In this document: one piece after another, positions 31,293 to 41,013 of the stretch | How positions within the stretch are numbered: position 1 is the first letter of the stretch | Layout: each line of letters starts with the position of its first letter | DNA from: Actinomycetota bacterium | GTDB lineage: Bacteria > Margulisbacteria > Marinamargulisbacteria > GCA-2716485 > GCA-002719695 | NCBI GenBank assembly: GCA_002697535.1 | Contig: NZWE01000023.1 | Span: forward strand, 265 to 64,264 | Direction of reading: 5' to 3' | Length of the DNA stretch: 64,000 bases | Notes under the pieces: generated by a model | The model's input: only the letters and a program-made list of their open reading frames with translations | Told to the model about the DNA's origin: nothing | Databases searched by the model: none | Position numbers and translations under genes: made by a program

Positions 31293-31715
31293 ATGAGTGA
31301 TAAGCATGAGCATTTTGTAATTCCATTAAAATACTATGTATTTACCTTAATTGCTTTATTAATTCTGACAGTTGTTACAGTTGCAGTAGCACAAGTTGAT
31401 TTAGGTTGGTTAAATATTTATATTGCTATGTTTGTTGCAATGATTAAGGCTGCTTTTGTTATTTTCTTTTTTATGGGTGTTCGTTGGGATGAATCCTTTA
31501 ATAAAATTGCTTTATTTGGATGTCTTTTATTTGTATTAATATTTTTTGTTATTGTAATAGCGGATGTTTCGACTCGCGGGGGTGTTTATTCTAGTGAAAG
31601 TGAAATGTTTGATATTCAATCTCCTGTTCGTCCGATTGGAGAGGGTGGTCATCATGGAGATTCATCTCATCATGGTGAATCAGATTCATATAAATCTAGT
31701 TCATCATCCCATTGA
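31293..31715 (+). CDS. cytochrome c oxidase subunit IV-like small membrane protein with His/Ser-rich C-terminal tail
   Basis: 140 aa. The TM segments are typical of bacterial subunit IV (CtaF/CoxD-type, 'VIPLKYYVFTLIALLILT'). The tail reads 'GEGGHHGDSSHHGESDSYKSSSSSH'. Confidence 0.75.
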   Translation: MSDKHEHFVIPLKYYVFTLIALLILTVVTVAVAQVDLGWLNIYIAMFVAMIKAAFVIFFFMGVRWDESFNKIALFGCLLFVLIFFVIVIADVSTRGGVYSSESEMFDIQSPVRPIGEGGHHGDSSHHGESDSYKSSSSSH

Positions 31716-31764
31716 TTGTAAAAACTATTAGAGCTGTTAGCGCTATTTCTGTATAATAGAGTAC

Positions 31765-33831
31765 ATGAAAAAGGATTCTAACTCTAATAATTACTCAGCA
31801 GATTCTTTTATTGAAGATTATCAACGGCAGTTGAAGCAACGGCAGGATTCTAATGTTACTCAATATTCTTCTGCTGTTAATGAAGGATCTGTAGCTGATG
31901 GAGATGTTGCTGCTGACTCTTTTCCAGATTTAACGGCATCTATGTCTCATGTTGAAAATCAACTTATTTCTCAATTTCGAGAATATAAAGATATTAAAAA
32001 GAAATTGGATGATGCTAAGCGACAATTGCATTTATCGAGTCAGATACAGGTTTCTGTTGATAATTTAAAAGAACTGGAACGCGTGTCATCTCAGCGTAAA
32101 AAATCTTTAGATGATATGTATCGTGAAACTAAAGATAAGTACGATCATGATCTAAATCACTTAAAACGAGATGTTGATCGTATGATTTCTGAAAAAGATC
32201 ATGTGATCCAATTGGTTAAAAAAGAACATCATAAGGCTCAATATGATGTTCAGGTTTCTTTTGAACAAGATCAACTTATTCAATCTGAATCTTTTTATTT
32301 TGGGTTTTGTGATCAGGTTTGCCGATATGCTGACTTAGAAGAAGATGCCAAACAACAGTATGATGATTTTATTCTTGATTTAGAAGAAAAAAAAACATCA
32401 TCCAAGAAACGGTATGACTTTGATTGTGATCAGTTATCAGGTGAGTTTAATAGTAAGCGAGATGAATTAGACCGTAAGTTAGTAGATAAAAAAGCTGAGG
32501 TTATGACATCTATTGATTCTATGAATCAATCGTTTCAAGATCAAGTTGATTCAACTCAGCAAGTTTTAGCGGAGCAGTATGAATGTTTAAATTTTGAATT
32601 TGAATCTGTTCATGGTGTCTTTCGTATGCTTATAGCATCTTCTGTACAAGATTTAGAGGAAAAGAAACAACACTCGGTTAGTGCCTTACTTGAATTCTCT
32701 GAACAATTAGATCAAAAGAGGGATATGTGGGAATTAGAAAAAGTAGATGTTTTGGAATCTATTGATAAAGAAAAGTTTCAGTGGGAAGAGGATCGTAAAC
32801 GTATGTTACGTGATTTAGAAAATAAAAAACTTACTTTAACGGGTGAAATTGATGATTTACGTCAACAATTTTTGGATGAAAAAGAATCTTGGAAATCACA
32901 ACAAGAAAAATTGATGGATGAGTATGAAAATAAAAAAGAATCACTTGTACGTGACATTAACGTTTTTGAATCTCGTTCTCATGATTATGATACGCGCTTA
33001 ATTAAGCAATCTGAAAAACTAGAGTCTTATCAATTGTTAATGTTTGAGCGAGAGCAAGAGTTTGAATGTGTTCGTAAGAAAATGGTTGCTATATTAGATA
33101 CTCAGCGAACTAATAAATTAGATGATTTAGAATTAGAATTTTTAGATAAAAAAAATAAGTTTTCAAGTCAATTAAAACAGCTTGAGGATAGGCAGAAGGT
33201 TGATTTTTCGGAACGTTTAGATTCATTTGAACAAGATTTGTCACAACGACGACGTTTATTTGAAGAAGATTTATTAGATCGTCGTCAAAAAATTGTTGAA
33301 GAATGTAAACGAGATCAGAAAATAGAATTTGATCATTTATTAGATTTTGAAAAAGATAAGCATATGAAACAACAAAACGTTTTGTTGGGGCAAATAGATT
33401 CTTTAAAAGAAGATTTGTCTCAGAAAGATACTTTAGTTGATGATCAATTCCAAGATTATCAAGATCAGATTAAGGATTTGCAAGATGAGGTTAGTCGGTT
33501 AACATCGGAATTATCTTCTATTGAAGATTTAACTCGTAAGAAAACTATTGGAAGTTATGAAGATAAATATAAGCAATCCTTAGATTTATATAAGCAGCAA
33601 TCACAAAAAGATATTCAATCATTAAAATCTGCGAATTTGACATTAGATGCTGATTTGAAAAAGAAAGAGTTAGAATTAAGAAATTTTCAATTACAGGTTA
33701 AACGTTTGGAATCTCAGTTAAATAAATATTTAATTGTTAATAAGAATACGACTGATTTGTCTGTTTCATCAAATCCTTTTAATGCTAAACAAAAGGTAGT
33801 ACGTAGTAATAATTTTAAAAGAGGTTTATAG
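31765..33831 (+). CDS. long coiled-coil protein of unknown function
   Basis: 688 aa, extremely rich in D/E/K/Q/L. Only two prolines are present (near each end) and there is no TM segment or signal peptide. Confidence 0.75.
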   Translation: MKKDSNSNNYSADSFIEDYQRQLKQRQDSNVTQYSSAVNEGSVADGDVAADSFPDLTASMSHVENQLISQFREYKDIKKKLDDAKRQLHLSSQIQVSVDNLKELERVSSQRKKSLDDMYRETKDKYDHDLNHLKRDVDRMISEKDHVIQLVKKEHHKAQYDVQVSFEQDQLIQSESFYFGFCDQVCRYADLEEDAKQQYDDFILDLEEKKTSSKKRYDFDCDQLSGEFNSKRDELDRKLVDKKAEVMTSIDSMNQSFQDQVDSTQQVLAEQYECLNFEFESVHGVFRMLIASSVQDLEEKKQHSVSALLEFSEQLDQKRDMWELEKVDVLESIDKEKFQWEEDRKRMLRDLENKKLTLTGEIDDLRQQFLDEKESWKSQQEKLMDEYENKKESLVRDINVFESRSHDYDTRLIKQSEKLESYQLLMFEREQEFECVRKKMVAILDTQRTNKLDDLELEFLDKKNKFSSQLKQLEDRQKVDFSERLDSFEQDLSQRRRLFEEDLLDRRQKIVEECKRDQKIEFDHLLDFEKDKHMKQQNVLLGQIDSLKEDLSQKDTLVDDQFQDYQDQIKDLQDEVSRLTSELSSIEDLTRKKTIGSYEDKYKQSLDLYKQQSQKDIQSLKSANLTLDADLKKKELELRNFQLQVKRLESQLNKYLIVNKNTTDLSVSSNPFNAKQKVVRSNNFKRGL

Positions 33832-33834
33832 GTT

Positions 33835-34692
33835 GTGTGGATAAAAGATTTTTTTGATCTGATAAAAATCAGAATTTTATTTTCTGCTTTATTAACTACA
33901 TTTTTTGGTTATAGTGTTGGTTTAGATTTTTCTTTCTGGAATATATCAGATTTGTTTTGGCTTTTACTTGGTTCTGGTTTTGTTTTTTCAGCTTCGGCTG
34001 CTTTAAATCATGTTTTAGAAAAAGATGTTGATGGACTGATGGAGCGGACACAATTCAGACCTCTTCCTACAGCTCGTTTAACACGTTTTCATGTGATATG
34101 TATGGTTATTGCTTTTATGTTTATTGGAATTTTAATTTTATATATTAAAACTAATTGGTTAGTGTTGCTTAATGGGATATTGGTTTTTGTTTTATATGAT
34201 TTTGTTTATACTCCCTTAAAACGTTTTTCTTCTATGAATACATTTATTGGTGCTTTTCCTGGAGCAATGCCTCTTTTATCGGGTTGGTTTATGGTTCAGG
34301 AGTCTTTTAGTTTTTTTATTTTATTATTATTTTTAATGTTATATTTATGGCAGTTACCTCACTTTTTTTCGATTGCTTGGATTTATAGACGATCTTATGA
34401 ATCAGCTAATTTGAAAATGGTGAGTGGTCATGATGAATCAGGAAGACGTACTCGTTTTTATTTAGTTTTTTCAAGTATTTTTTTTGTTGTAGCTACCTAT
34501 TTACCCTTGTTTTATGGTGATTTAGGTGGTATTTATATTTATGTTGTTACTTTGTTAAATATTTGTTTGATTGGATATGTGTATAAGTTTTGTTTGGATT
34601 TAAATGATATGATCGCACGAAAAATTTTGTTTATCACTATTTTTTATCCACCATTGATTCCTCTTGTTTATGTGATAGGTTTGTTTTTATGA
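33835..34692 (+). CDS. ctaB: protohaem IX farnesyltransferase (haem O synthase)
   Basis: UbiA-family polytopic protein with 'NHVLEKDVDGLMERTQFRPLP'. GTG start at 33835. Confidence 0.9.
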   Translation: MWIKDFFDLIKIRILFSALLTTFFGYSVGLDFSFWNISDLFWLLLGSGFVFSASAALNHVLEKDVDGLMERTQFRPLPTARLTRFHVICMVIAFMFIGILILYIKTNWLVLLNGILVFVLYDFVYTPLKRFSSMNTFIGAFPGAMPLLSGWFMVQESFSFFILLLFLMLYLWQLPHFFSIAWIYRRSYESANLKMVSGHDESGRRTRFYLVFSSIFFVVATYLPLFYGDLGGIYIYVVTLLNICLIGYVYKFCLDLNDMIARKILFITIFYPPLIPLVYVIGLFL

Positions 34693-35639
34693 GTCAATTA
34701 ACTGAAACTAAGGTATTAGAAGAAATTCATTTAGCGGCTACTCAGGGTTTTTGTGCTGGTGTTGCAAGTGCTATTGAAGTTGTTGATCGAGCCTTGCATA
34801 AATATGGGAATCCTTTGTATGTTAGGCATGAAATTGTTCACAATACGGCTGTTATTGAAGATTTTGAAGAGAAAGGTGTCGTTTTTATTGAAGCTTTGTC
34901 TGATGTTCCAGAAGATAATGTGGTTGTTTTTAGTGCTCATGGGACGGCTCCTGAAGAATATGTAAAGGCTAAACAAAGAGGGTTACATATTATTGATGCG
35001 ACTTGTCCTTTGGTTAGTAAGATACATCGTCAAGCTGTCCGGTTTTCGGAGCGAGGTGTTCAAACTATTTTAATTGGTCATAAAGGACATCAAGAGTTAA
35101 TAGGAACATCAGGGTATGTGGATCAAGGTTTATTACATATTATCGAAACGGTTGAAGATGTTGATCTTTTGGAATTAGATGAAACTAAACCAATTGGATT
35201 TTTAACACAAACTACGTTGTCTGTGTCAGATACAGATTCTATTATTTCTAAATTAAAATTGCACTATCCAGATATTATTGGTCCGCCTAAAGCGGATATT
35301 TGTTATGCTACAACCAATCGTCAAAATTCTGTTAGTGACATTGCTGCTTTTTGTGATGTGATTATTGTTTGTGGATCGCCTACGAGTTCTAATAGTAATC
35401 GTTTGAGAGAAATGTCAGAATCATTAGGGGTTGATTCTTATATTATAGATTCGGTAGATGAATTAGATTTTTCATGGCTTGATGATAAGCGTCGATGTGG
35501 CATTACATCGGGAGCATCCGTTCCAAAGAAGATTGTTGATGATGTTGTTGTTGCTTTAAAATCTCGTTTTCAAAATATTAAAATTTTTCAGGATGAAAAT
35601 ATAGAAAAAGGTATCCATTTTCCGTTACCTAATCTTTAA
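34689..35639 (+). CDS. ispH: 4-hydroxy-3-methylbut-2-enyl diphosphate reductase
   Basis: 316 aa with 'GFCAGVASAIEVV', 'HEIVHN', 'DATCPLVSKIH' and 'SSNSNRL'. Confidence 0.95.
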   Translation: MSQLTETKVLEEIHLAATQGFCAGVASAIEVVDRALHKYGNPLYVRHEIVHNTAVIEDFEEKGVVFIEALSDVPEDNVVVFSAHGTAPEEYVKAKQRGLHIIDATCPLVSKIHRQAVRFSERGVQTILIGHKGHQELIGTSGYVDQGLLHIIETVEDVDLLELDETKPIGFLTQTTLSVSDTDSIISKLKLHYPDIIGPPKADICYATTNRQNSVSDIAAFCDVIIVCGSPTSSNSNRLREMSESLGVDSYIIDSVDELDFSWLDDKRRCGITSGASVPKKIVDDVVVALKSRFQNIKIFQDENIEKGIHFPLPNL

Positions 35640-35641
35640 TT

Positions 35642-37243
35642 TTATTTAATTAGTGAATATTCATAATCTTTAGGCTTTTCATAGCCTAGTAAATTGCAAA
35701 TTGTAGAGGCGATATTAGCTAGTCCAGGAGTTTCAATGGTGTTTTTTGTATAGGTAACAGGGTTTTTTGTAATGATGGCACAGGGTACTGGATTTAAAGT
35801 ATGAGCTGTTTTAATGATTTTTTTTCCGTTTTTTATAGTAAACATTTCATCTGCATTGCCGTGATCTGCTAAGACAATGGTTGTTCCTTGTAATTCATTG
35901 ACTAACGAAACAATTTTGCTTGTACATTCGTCAATGGTTTCCATTGTGGATACGGTAGCATCAAAATTACCTGTATGTCCTACCATATCTCCATTAGGAA
36001 AATTAATACGAATAAATTGATAAGATTTTGTTTTTAATTGTTCAATGGTTCTATCTGTAATTTCATATGCTTTCATGTTTGGAGCTTCATCGAAAGGAAT
36101 TAAATCTGATTTGATTTCAATAAATGTTTCTAGTTCTTTGTTAATGTAACCGGATTTATTACCATTCCAGAAATAGGTTACATGGCCATATTTTTGTGTT
36201 TCAGATATAGCTAATGATCGAATGTTTTTGGCACATAAGTAATTGCTTATAGGATTATCTATTTGTGGTGGGGCTACTAAAAATTGAGTTGGTATATTTC
36301 GGTCTCCATCGTATTGCATCATGCCTGCAAAAAAAACATTAGGATGATTACCTCGATCAAATCTTGTAAAGTTTTTGCTTTCAAATGCTTCAGAAATTTC
36401 GATAGCTCTATCACCTCGAAAGTTAGTTATAAATACCGTGTCGTTAGATTTTATTGTTCCAATAGGGCCATTTTTATCTGTAATTACGAATGGAGGAATA
36501 TATTGATCGGTGATGGATGGGTCTTCGTATGCTTGATTAATGGCATCTTCGATTTTATTGACGTGCTGACCAATTCCATGGACATGGGCGTTATAACCAC
36601 GTTCAACAATTCGCCAGTCTGCATTATAACGATCCATGGTTGTTATCATACGACCTCCACCTGAGGCTATTTTAATATCACATTTTAATGGATCAATGTG
36701 TTCACGTAATGTTTTGATATAGGTTAAAGCTGATCGTGCTTCAACATCTCGGCCATCTAGAAGACAGTGCAGTCGTATAGTTTTTATTCCGTCATGTACG
36801 GCTTGCTTTATTAGCTGAATTTGATAATCAATGTGATTATGTACATTTCCATCTGATAGTAATCCTATTAAATGTAAGGTGCTATTATGATTAATACAAT
36901 TTTGAATACCATCTTTATATGTTTTATTTTGAAATAATGCTTTAGATTCCAGAGATTGTTTAACCAGTGATGATCCTTGTTTGAAGATTCGTCCGGCTCC
37001 CAGAGTATTATGGCCAACTTCGCTATTTCCCATGTCATTATCGGTTGGCATACCAACAGCTGTTCCATGTGATTTTAATTCAAAGTATATTGGATTATCT
37101 TTTAATGTATCTAAAAACGGAGTGTTGGCTTTAAAGCATGCATTGCTATCATCGTTTTTTCCAATTCCTACTCCATCTAAAATTAATAAGACTACAGGAC
37201 CGGGGGTTGGAGATATGCTTGGGTGATTCTTGAGTTGTTTCAT
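35642..37243 (-). CDS. gpmI: 2,3-bisphosphoglycerate-independent phosphoglycerate mutase
   Basis: 533 aa with 'LLILDGVGIG', 'MGNSEVGHNTLGAGR' and 'ADHGNADEM'. Confidence 0.95.
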   Translation of the reverse strand: MKQLKNHPSISPTPGPVVLLILDGVGIGKNDDSNACFKANTPFLDTLKDNPIYFELKSHGTAVGMPTDNDMGNSEVGHNTLGAGRIFKQGSSLVKQSLESKALFQNKTYKDGIQNCINHNSTLHLIGLLSDGNVHNHIDYQIQLIKQAVHDGIKTIRLHCLLDGRDVEARSALTYIKTLREHIDPLKCDIKIASGGGRMITTMDRYNADWRIVERGYNAHVHGIGQHVNKIEDAINQAYEDPSITDQYIPPFVITDKNGPIGTIKSNDTVFITNFRGDRAIEISEAFESKNFTRFDRGNHPNVFFAGMMQYDGDRNIPTQFLVAPPQIDNPISNYLCAKNIRSLAISETQKYGHVTYFWNGNKSGYINKELETFIEIKSDLIPFDEAPNMKAYEITDRTIEQLKTKSYQFIRINFPNGDMVGHTGNFDATVSTMETIDECTSKIVSLVNELQGTTIVLADHGNADEMFTIKNGKKIIKTAHTLNPVPCAIITKNPVTYTKNTIETPGLANIASTICNLLGYEKPKDYEYSLIK

Positions 37244-37332
37244 TGGTATGTTATATCATAAAATATTAGTTAAATTTGTAAAAGAAATATATTTGTTATT
37301 AGTCACTAAAATGTTTTGTTTTGAGTTGAATG

Positions 37333-37341
37333 TGGTATAAT
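37333..37341 (+). promoter_or_regulatory. candidate extended -10 promoter element for korAB
   Basis: 'TGgTATAAT' (TATAAT at 37336-37341) lies 29 nt upstream of the korA ATG. No convincing -35 element. Confidence 0.3.
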
Positions 37342-37369
37342 ATTCGAATGGGAAAAAAAGGTGTAAACT

Positions 37370-39184
37370 ATGCAGAAAAAAAGTAATTTTCGATTTGAGT
37401 TATTGATGGATGCAGGAAATGGAGCTCAAAAAGCCGGTGATATTTTAATTAAGGCTTTTGCTAAAAAAGGTGTTTATGTTTTTATTGAACCGATTATTCC
37501 AGCTGAAATTAGTCCACCAAAACGGACTCCTTTTTCTTTGTCTGGCGCTGTTATTCGCTTAAGTGATTCTGATATTACCAATATTGGTTCTTTTAGTGAT
37601 CTTGTTTTGGTTGAGCATGAAATATTGTTAGAAAGACGGTTACAGGATCAAGAATTTACTGAGGGATGTACAATTTTATTAGATTTAGGATCTAAAAAAA
37701 GAGCACAAGATGCTTATGAGGCTGTAGAAAAAAAGGCTGCAGATGCTGGATATAATGTTGTTTCATTTATGATTTCTGAGGAAGCAGAGGCACTTATTAA
37801 ATCTTTGAATGGTAATGGAAAAAATATGTATTATCTTGGGATATTAGCGTGTTTGTTTAATGTTGATAAAGATTTTTTGATATCATTTATTAAACAAACT
37901 TTTAAAAAATTACCTAAAGATAAGTTAGATAGTAATATTCAAATTTTTGAATTTGGTTTTAATGCTCAGGTTATGGATGAAGCGGACTCTCTTTTATTTG
38001 AGGGTATTACTCATAAAAATGAAAAGGTTCTGTTAGATGGTAATACAGCATTAGCTTTGGGGGTTATTGATGCTGGCATAAGATTATATGCTGGATATCC
38101 GATTACGCCTGCTTCTAGTATTATGCATAGCTTGGCTCGTTTGTTACCTGCTTATGGTGGGGTTTTGCATCAAGCTGAGGATGAAATATCAGCGATTGGA
38201 ACTGTGATTGGATCTTATTTTGCGGGTGTCCCTGCGATAACAGCAACATCTGGTCCTGGGTTATCGCTTAAACAAGAATTTATCGGTTTATCAGTGGCTT
38301 CAGAAATACCTTGTATTGTGGTTGATGTTCAACGTGGTGGACCTTCGACAGGATTGCCTACGCGTACTGAACAAACTGATTTGTTTGCAGCTGCTTATGG
38401 AAGTCATGGTGATGGTCCTAAGGTTGTTATTAGTGTTGCTAATGTTGATGATTGTTTTTATGTTCCACATGTTGCTCGTTATATTGCGGAGGTTTGTCGT
38501 TTACCGGTTATTATTTTAAGTGATTATATGATATCGGTTAGTTATCGTGTTGTTGATAAATTAAAACAGTCAAAACTTGATGATGTTCGTAAAATTGATG
38601 ATTTTGTTTTAGATCATTTTTATATGAATCGTTTGTCTGATTCGATAGAAATGGTAAAAGAAAATCAAAATAGCCCAGGTATTCCTGATCAAATGAGACG
38701 CGTGACAGGATTAAATACAGGTTCTTCAGGTGCTATTGAATATTCTGCAGATAGTAATCATCGTGCTCATGAAGTTCGTAGTAAAAAAATTCATGCTGTT
38801 CGGCATGCTTTAAAAATGCCTGAGCGTTTTGGATCTGATTCTGGAGATCTATTGTTAGTAGGATGGGGGAGTTCTCGTGGAGCGATTGAAGAAGCTGTTC
38901 AGTCTTTAGTGAATGATGGGGTTGATGTAGGCGGACTTCATTTTAAAATGGTGTATCCTTTACCTTTAAATCTTACTGATATTTTTCAATCTTATAAACA
39001 TGTTGTTACGGTTGAAATGGCGTATGGAGATTCGTTAAAGGCTACTCCGTTTTCAATGATGCTGCGTTCAGAAACGTTATGTGATGTACAGGGGTTGATT
39101 TGTGAAGCTAAAGGAAGACCAATCAAACCTATTTATTTAATTGAAAAAGCTCAGGCTTTTTTAAAGGAGGTTCAGCATGCCTAA
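37370..39184 (+). CDS. korA: 2-oxoglutarate/2-oxoacid:ferredoxin oxidoreductase alpha subunit
   Basis: 604 aa with a fused gamma-like N-terminal domain and an alpha domain ('GYPITPASSIM', 'TSGPGLSLK'). Confidence 0.88.
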   Translation: MQKKSNFRFELLMDAGNGAQKAGDILIKAFAKKGVYVFIEPIIPAEISPPKRTPFSLSGAVIRLSDSDITNIGSFSDLVLVEHEILLERRLQDQEFTEGCTILLDLGSKKRAQDAYEAVEKKAADAGYNVVSFMISEEAEALIKSLNGNGKNMYYLGILACLFNVDKDFLISFIKQTFKKLPKDKLDSNIQIFEFGFNAQVMDEADSLLFEGITHKNEKVLLDGNTALALGVIDAGIRLYAGYPITPASSIMHSLARLLPAYGGVLHQAEDEISAIGTVIGSYFAGVPAITATSGPGLSLKQEFIGLSVASEIPCIVVDVQRGGPSTGLPTRTEQTDLFAAAYGSHGDGPKVVISVANVDDCFYVPHVARYIAEVCRLPVIILSDYMISVSYRVVDKLKQSKLDDVRKIDDFVLDHFYMNRLSDSIEMVKENQNSPGIPDQMRRVTGLNTGSSGAIEYSADSNHRAHEVRSKKIHAVRHALKMPERFGSDSGDLLLVGWGSSRGAIEEAVQSLVNDGVDVGGLHFKMVYPLPLNLTDIFQSYKHVVTVEMAYGDSLKATPFSMMLRSETLCDVQGLICEAKGRPIKPIYLIEKAQAFLKEVQHA

Positions 39185-40085
39185 TTCTGATGTTGTGAAT
39201 CCGGTTACAATGAAAGACTTAAAGTCTTCAGATCCTCGTTGGTGTACGGGGTGTGGCGATTATACGATTTTAGTGGGTTTACGAAAATTTATGGTTCAAA
39301 ATCAAATTTTTCGTGAAAATACAGTTAATATTTCAGGGATTGGATGTTCAGGACGTATTCCTCATTATATGAATACCTATGGGATTCATTCTATTCATGG
39401 AAGAGCTATTCCTATTGCTTTGGGTATTGCTTTGGCAAAACCAGAATTAAAATTATTTATTCATTCAGGAGATGGTGATAGTTTAAGTATCGGGGGAAAT
39501 CATTTACTTCATGGAATAAAGAAAAATTTTAATTGTGTTTATTTGTTATTTGATAATCAAATTTATGGGTTAACCAAAAGCCAAACATCGCCAACAACGC
39601 GTCAGGGATTACCAACTCCATCTCATCCTTCAGGTGCTATGATTGAGCCTATTAACCCTATTTCGTTTGCTTTAGGTGCTGGTGCTTCATTTGTTGCTAC
39701 TACAGCTGAATGGATGGGAAATCATTTTGTAGAGACATTAGATGCTGCTTTTAAACATCCTGGATTTTCTTTTGTTCATATTGCTCAACGCTGTCCTAAA
39801 TTTAATCCTAGTGCTTGGAACTTTCAAGATTCATCTTGGCTTACGTTTTTAGTTGATGAACAGGCTGGTATTGCGGCTGATAGTAAATCGGCTCCTGATG
39901 CAAAGGTTCAATCATATTCTCCTCATTCTTATGAAAATGCTATGGCTATTTCGAAAGATGTTCCTAATGTTTTTGGACTTGTTTATAAGGCTGAAAAACC
40001 AATGTATGATAAACTGGTTTTAGATGCAACAAAGAATCAAAAGCAAAAAGATTTGGATGATTTATTAAATGACTATATTATCTAA
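39177..40085 (+). CDS. korB: 2-oxoglutarate/2-oxoacid:ferredoxin oxidoreductase beta subunit (TPP-binding)
   Basis: 302 aa with 'WCTGCGDY' and TPP motif 'HSGDGDSLSIGGNH'. 8-nt overlap with korA. Confidence 0.88.
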   Translation: MPNSDVVNPVTMKDLKSSDPRWCTGCGDYTILVGLRKFMVQNQIFRENTVNISGIGCSGRIPHYMNTYGIHSIHGRAIPIALGIALAKPELKLFIHSGDGDSLSIGGNHLLHGIKKNFNCVYLLFDNQIYGLTKSQTSPTTRQGLPTPSHPSGAMIEPINPISFALGAGASFVATTAEWMGNHFVETLDAAFKHPGFSFVHIAQRCPKFNPSAWNFQDSSWLTFLVDEQAGIAADSKSAPDAKVQSYSPHSYENAMAISKDVPNVFGLVYKAEKPMYDKLVLDATKNQKQKDLDDLLNDYII

Positions 40086-41013
40086 GAAGGATACTTCTCA
40101 GGTTCAACAACTTCATGATTTAGTTGGTAATACGCCATTATTAGAAATTAAACATAAGTGTTCAGATACTGTTAAAATTTTTGCAAAATGTGAATGGTAT
40201 AATCCCAGTGGTTCAGTTAAAGATAGAGCTGCTTTTTTTATGTTTAAACATGCTTTTGATTCGGGTGAATTACATAATAAAATTTTAATTGATGCAACAA
40301 GTGGTAATACAGGATTAGCTTATGCTATGTTAGGAGCTTATTATCAAATTCCTATTGAGTTGGTACTTCCTGAAAATGCATCTGTTGAACGAAAGTTACT
40401 GTTAAAGAATTATGGTGCAAAAATACATTATTCTTCTCCTCTAGAAGGGACAGATGGCGCTCAAAAGATGGTTGAAACGTTGGTAGCACAATTTCCTGAT
40501 ATGTATTATTACCCTGATCAGTATAATAATGAGTATAATTGGAAAGCTCATTATGAATCGACAGGACCTGAAATTTGGAATCAAACTAAGGAGAAAGTCA
40601 CTCATTTTGTAGCTGGTCTAGGAACATCGGGTACCTTTGTGGGGACTAGTCGGTTTTTAAAAGAAAAAGGTGTGTTTTGTATGTCCGTTCAGCCGGATAG
40701 TCCTATGCATGGATTAGAAGGTTGGAAGCATATGCCTACAGCTATTGTACCTGGTATTTATGATAGTTCTTTGGCTGATGAAGATGGGTATGTTGGGACA
40801 CATGATGCTTATTGTTATGCACGTGCTGCGTTTTGTCATTTAGGTTTAGCATTATCTCCTAGTTCTGCTGCTAATTTAGTGTTAGCGCATCGACTTTCGC
40901 AGCGTTTAGATACGGGAGTGGTTGTTACTGTTTTTCCTGATAATGCTGCGAAATATTTACAAGATTCATTTTGGAATGATGATGATTATTGTATCGAAAA
41001 CCCATTTTTCTGA
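40069..41013 (+). CDS. cysM: cysteine synthase B-type PLP enzyme (CysM-like)
   Basis: 314 aa with 'GNTPLL', PLP-Lys 'NPSGSVKDR', 'SGNTGLAYA' and 'GLGTSGTFVG'. The start overlaps the korB 3' end by 17 nt. Confidence 0.88.
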   Translation: MTILSKKDTSQVQQLHDLVGNTPLLEIKHKCSDTVKIFAKCEWYNPSGSVKDRAAFFMFKHAFDSGELHNKILIDATSGNTGLAYAMLGAYYQIPIELVLPENASVERKLLLKNYGAKIHYSSPLEGTDGAQKMVETLVAQFPDMYYYPDQYNNEYNWKAHYESTGPEIWNQTKEKVTHFVAGLGTSGTFVGTSRFLKEKGVFCMSVQPDSPMHGLEGWKHMPTAIVPGIYDSSLADEDGYVGTHDAYCYARAAFCHLGLALSPSSAANLVLAHRLSQRLDTGVVVTVFPDNAAKYLQDSFWNDDDYCIENPFF

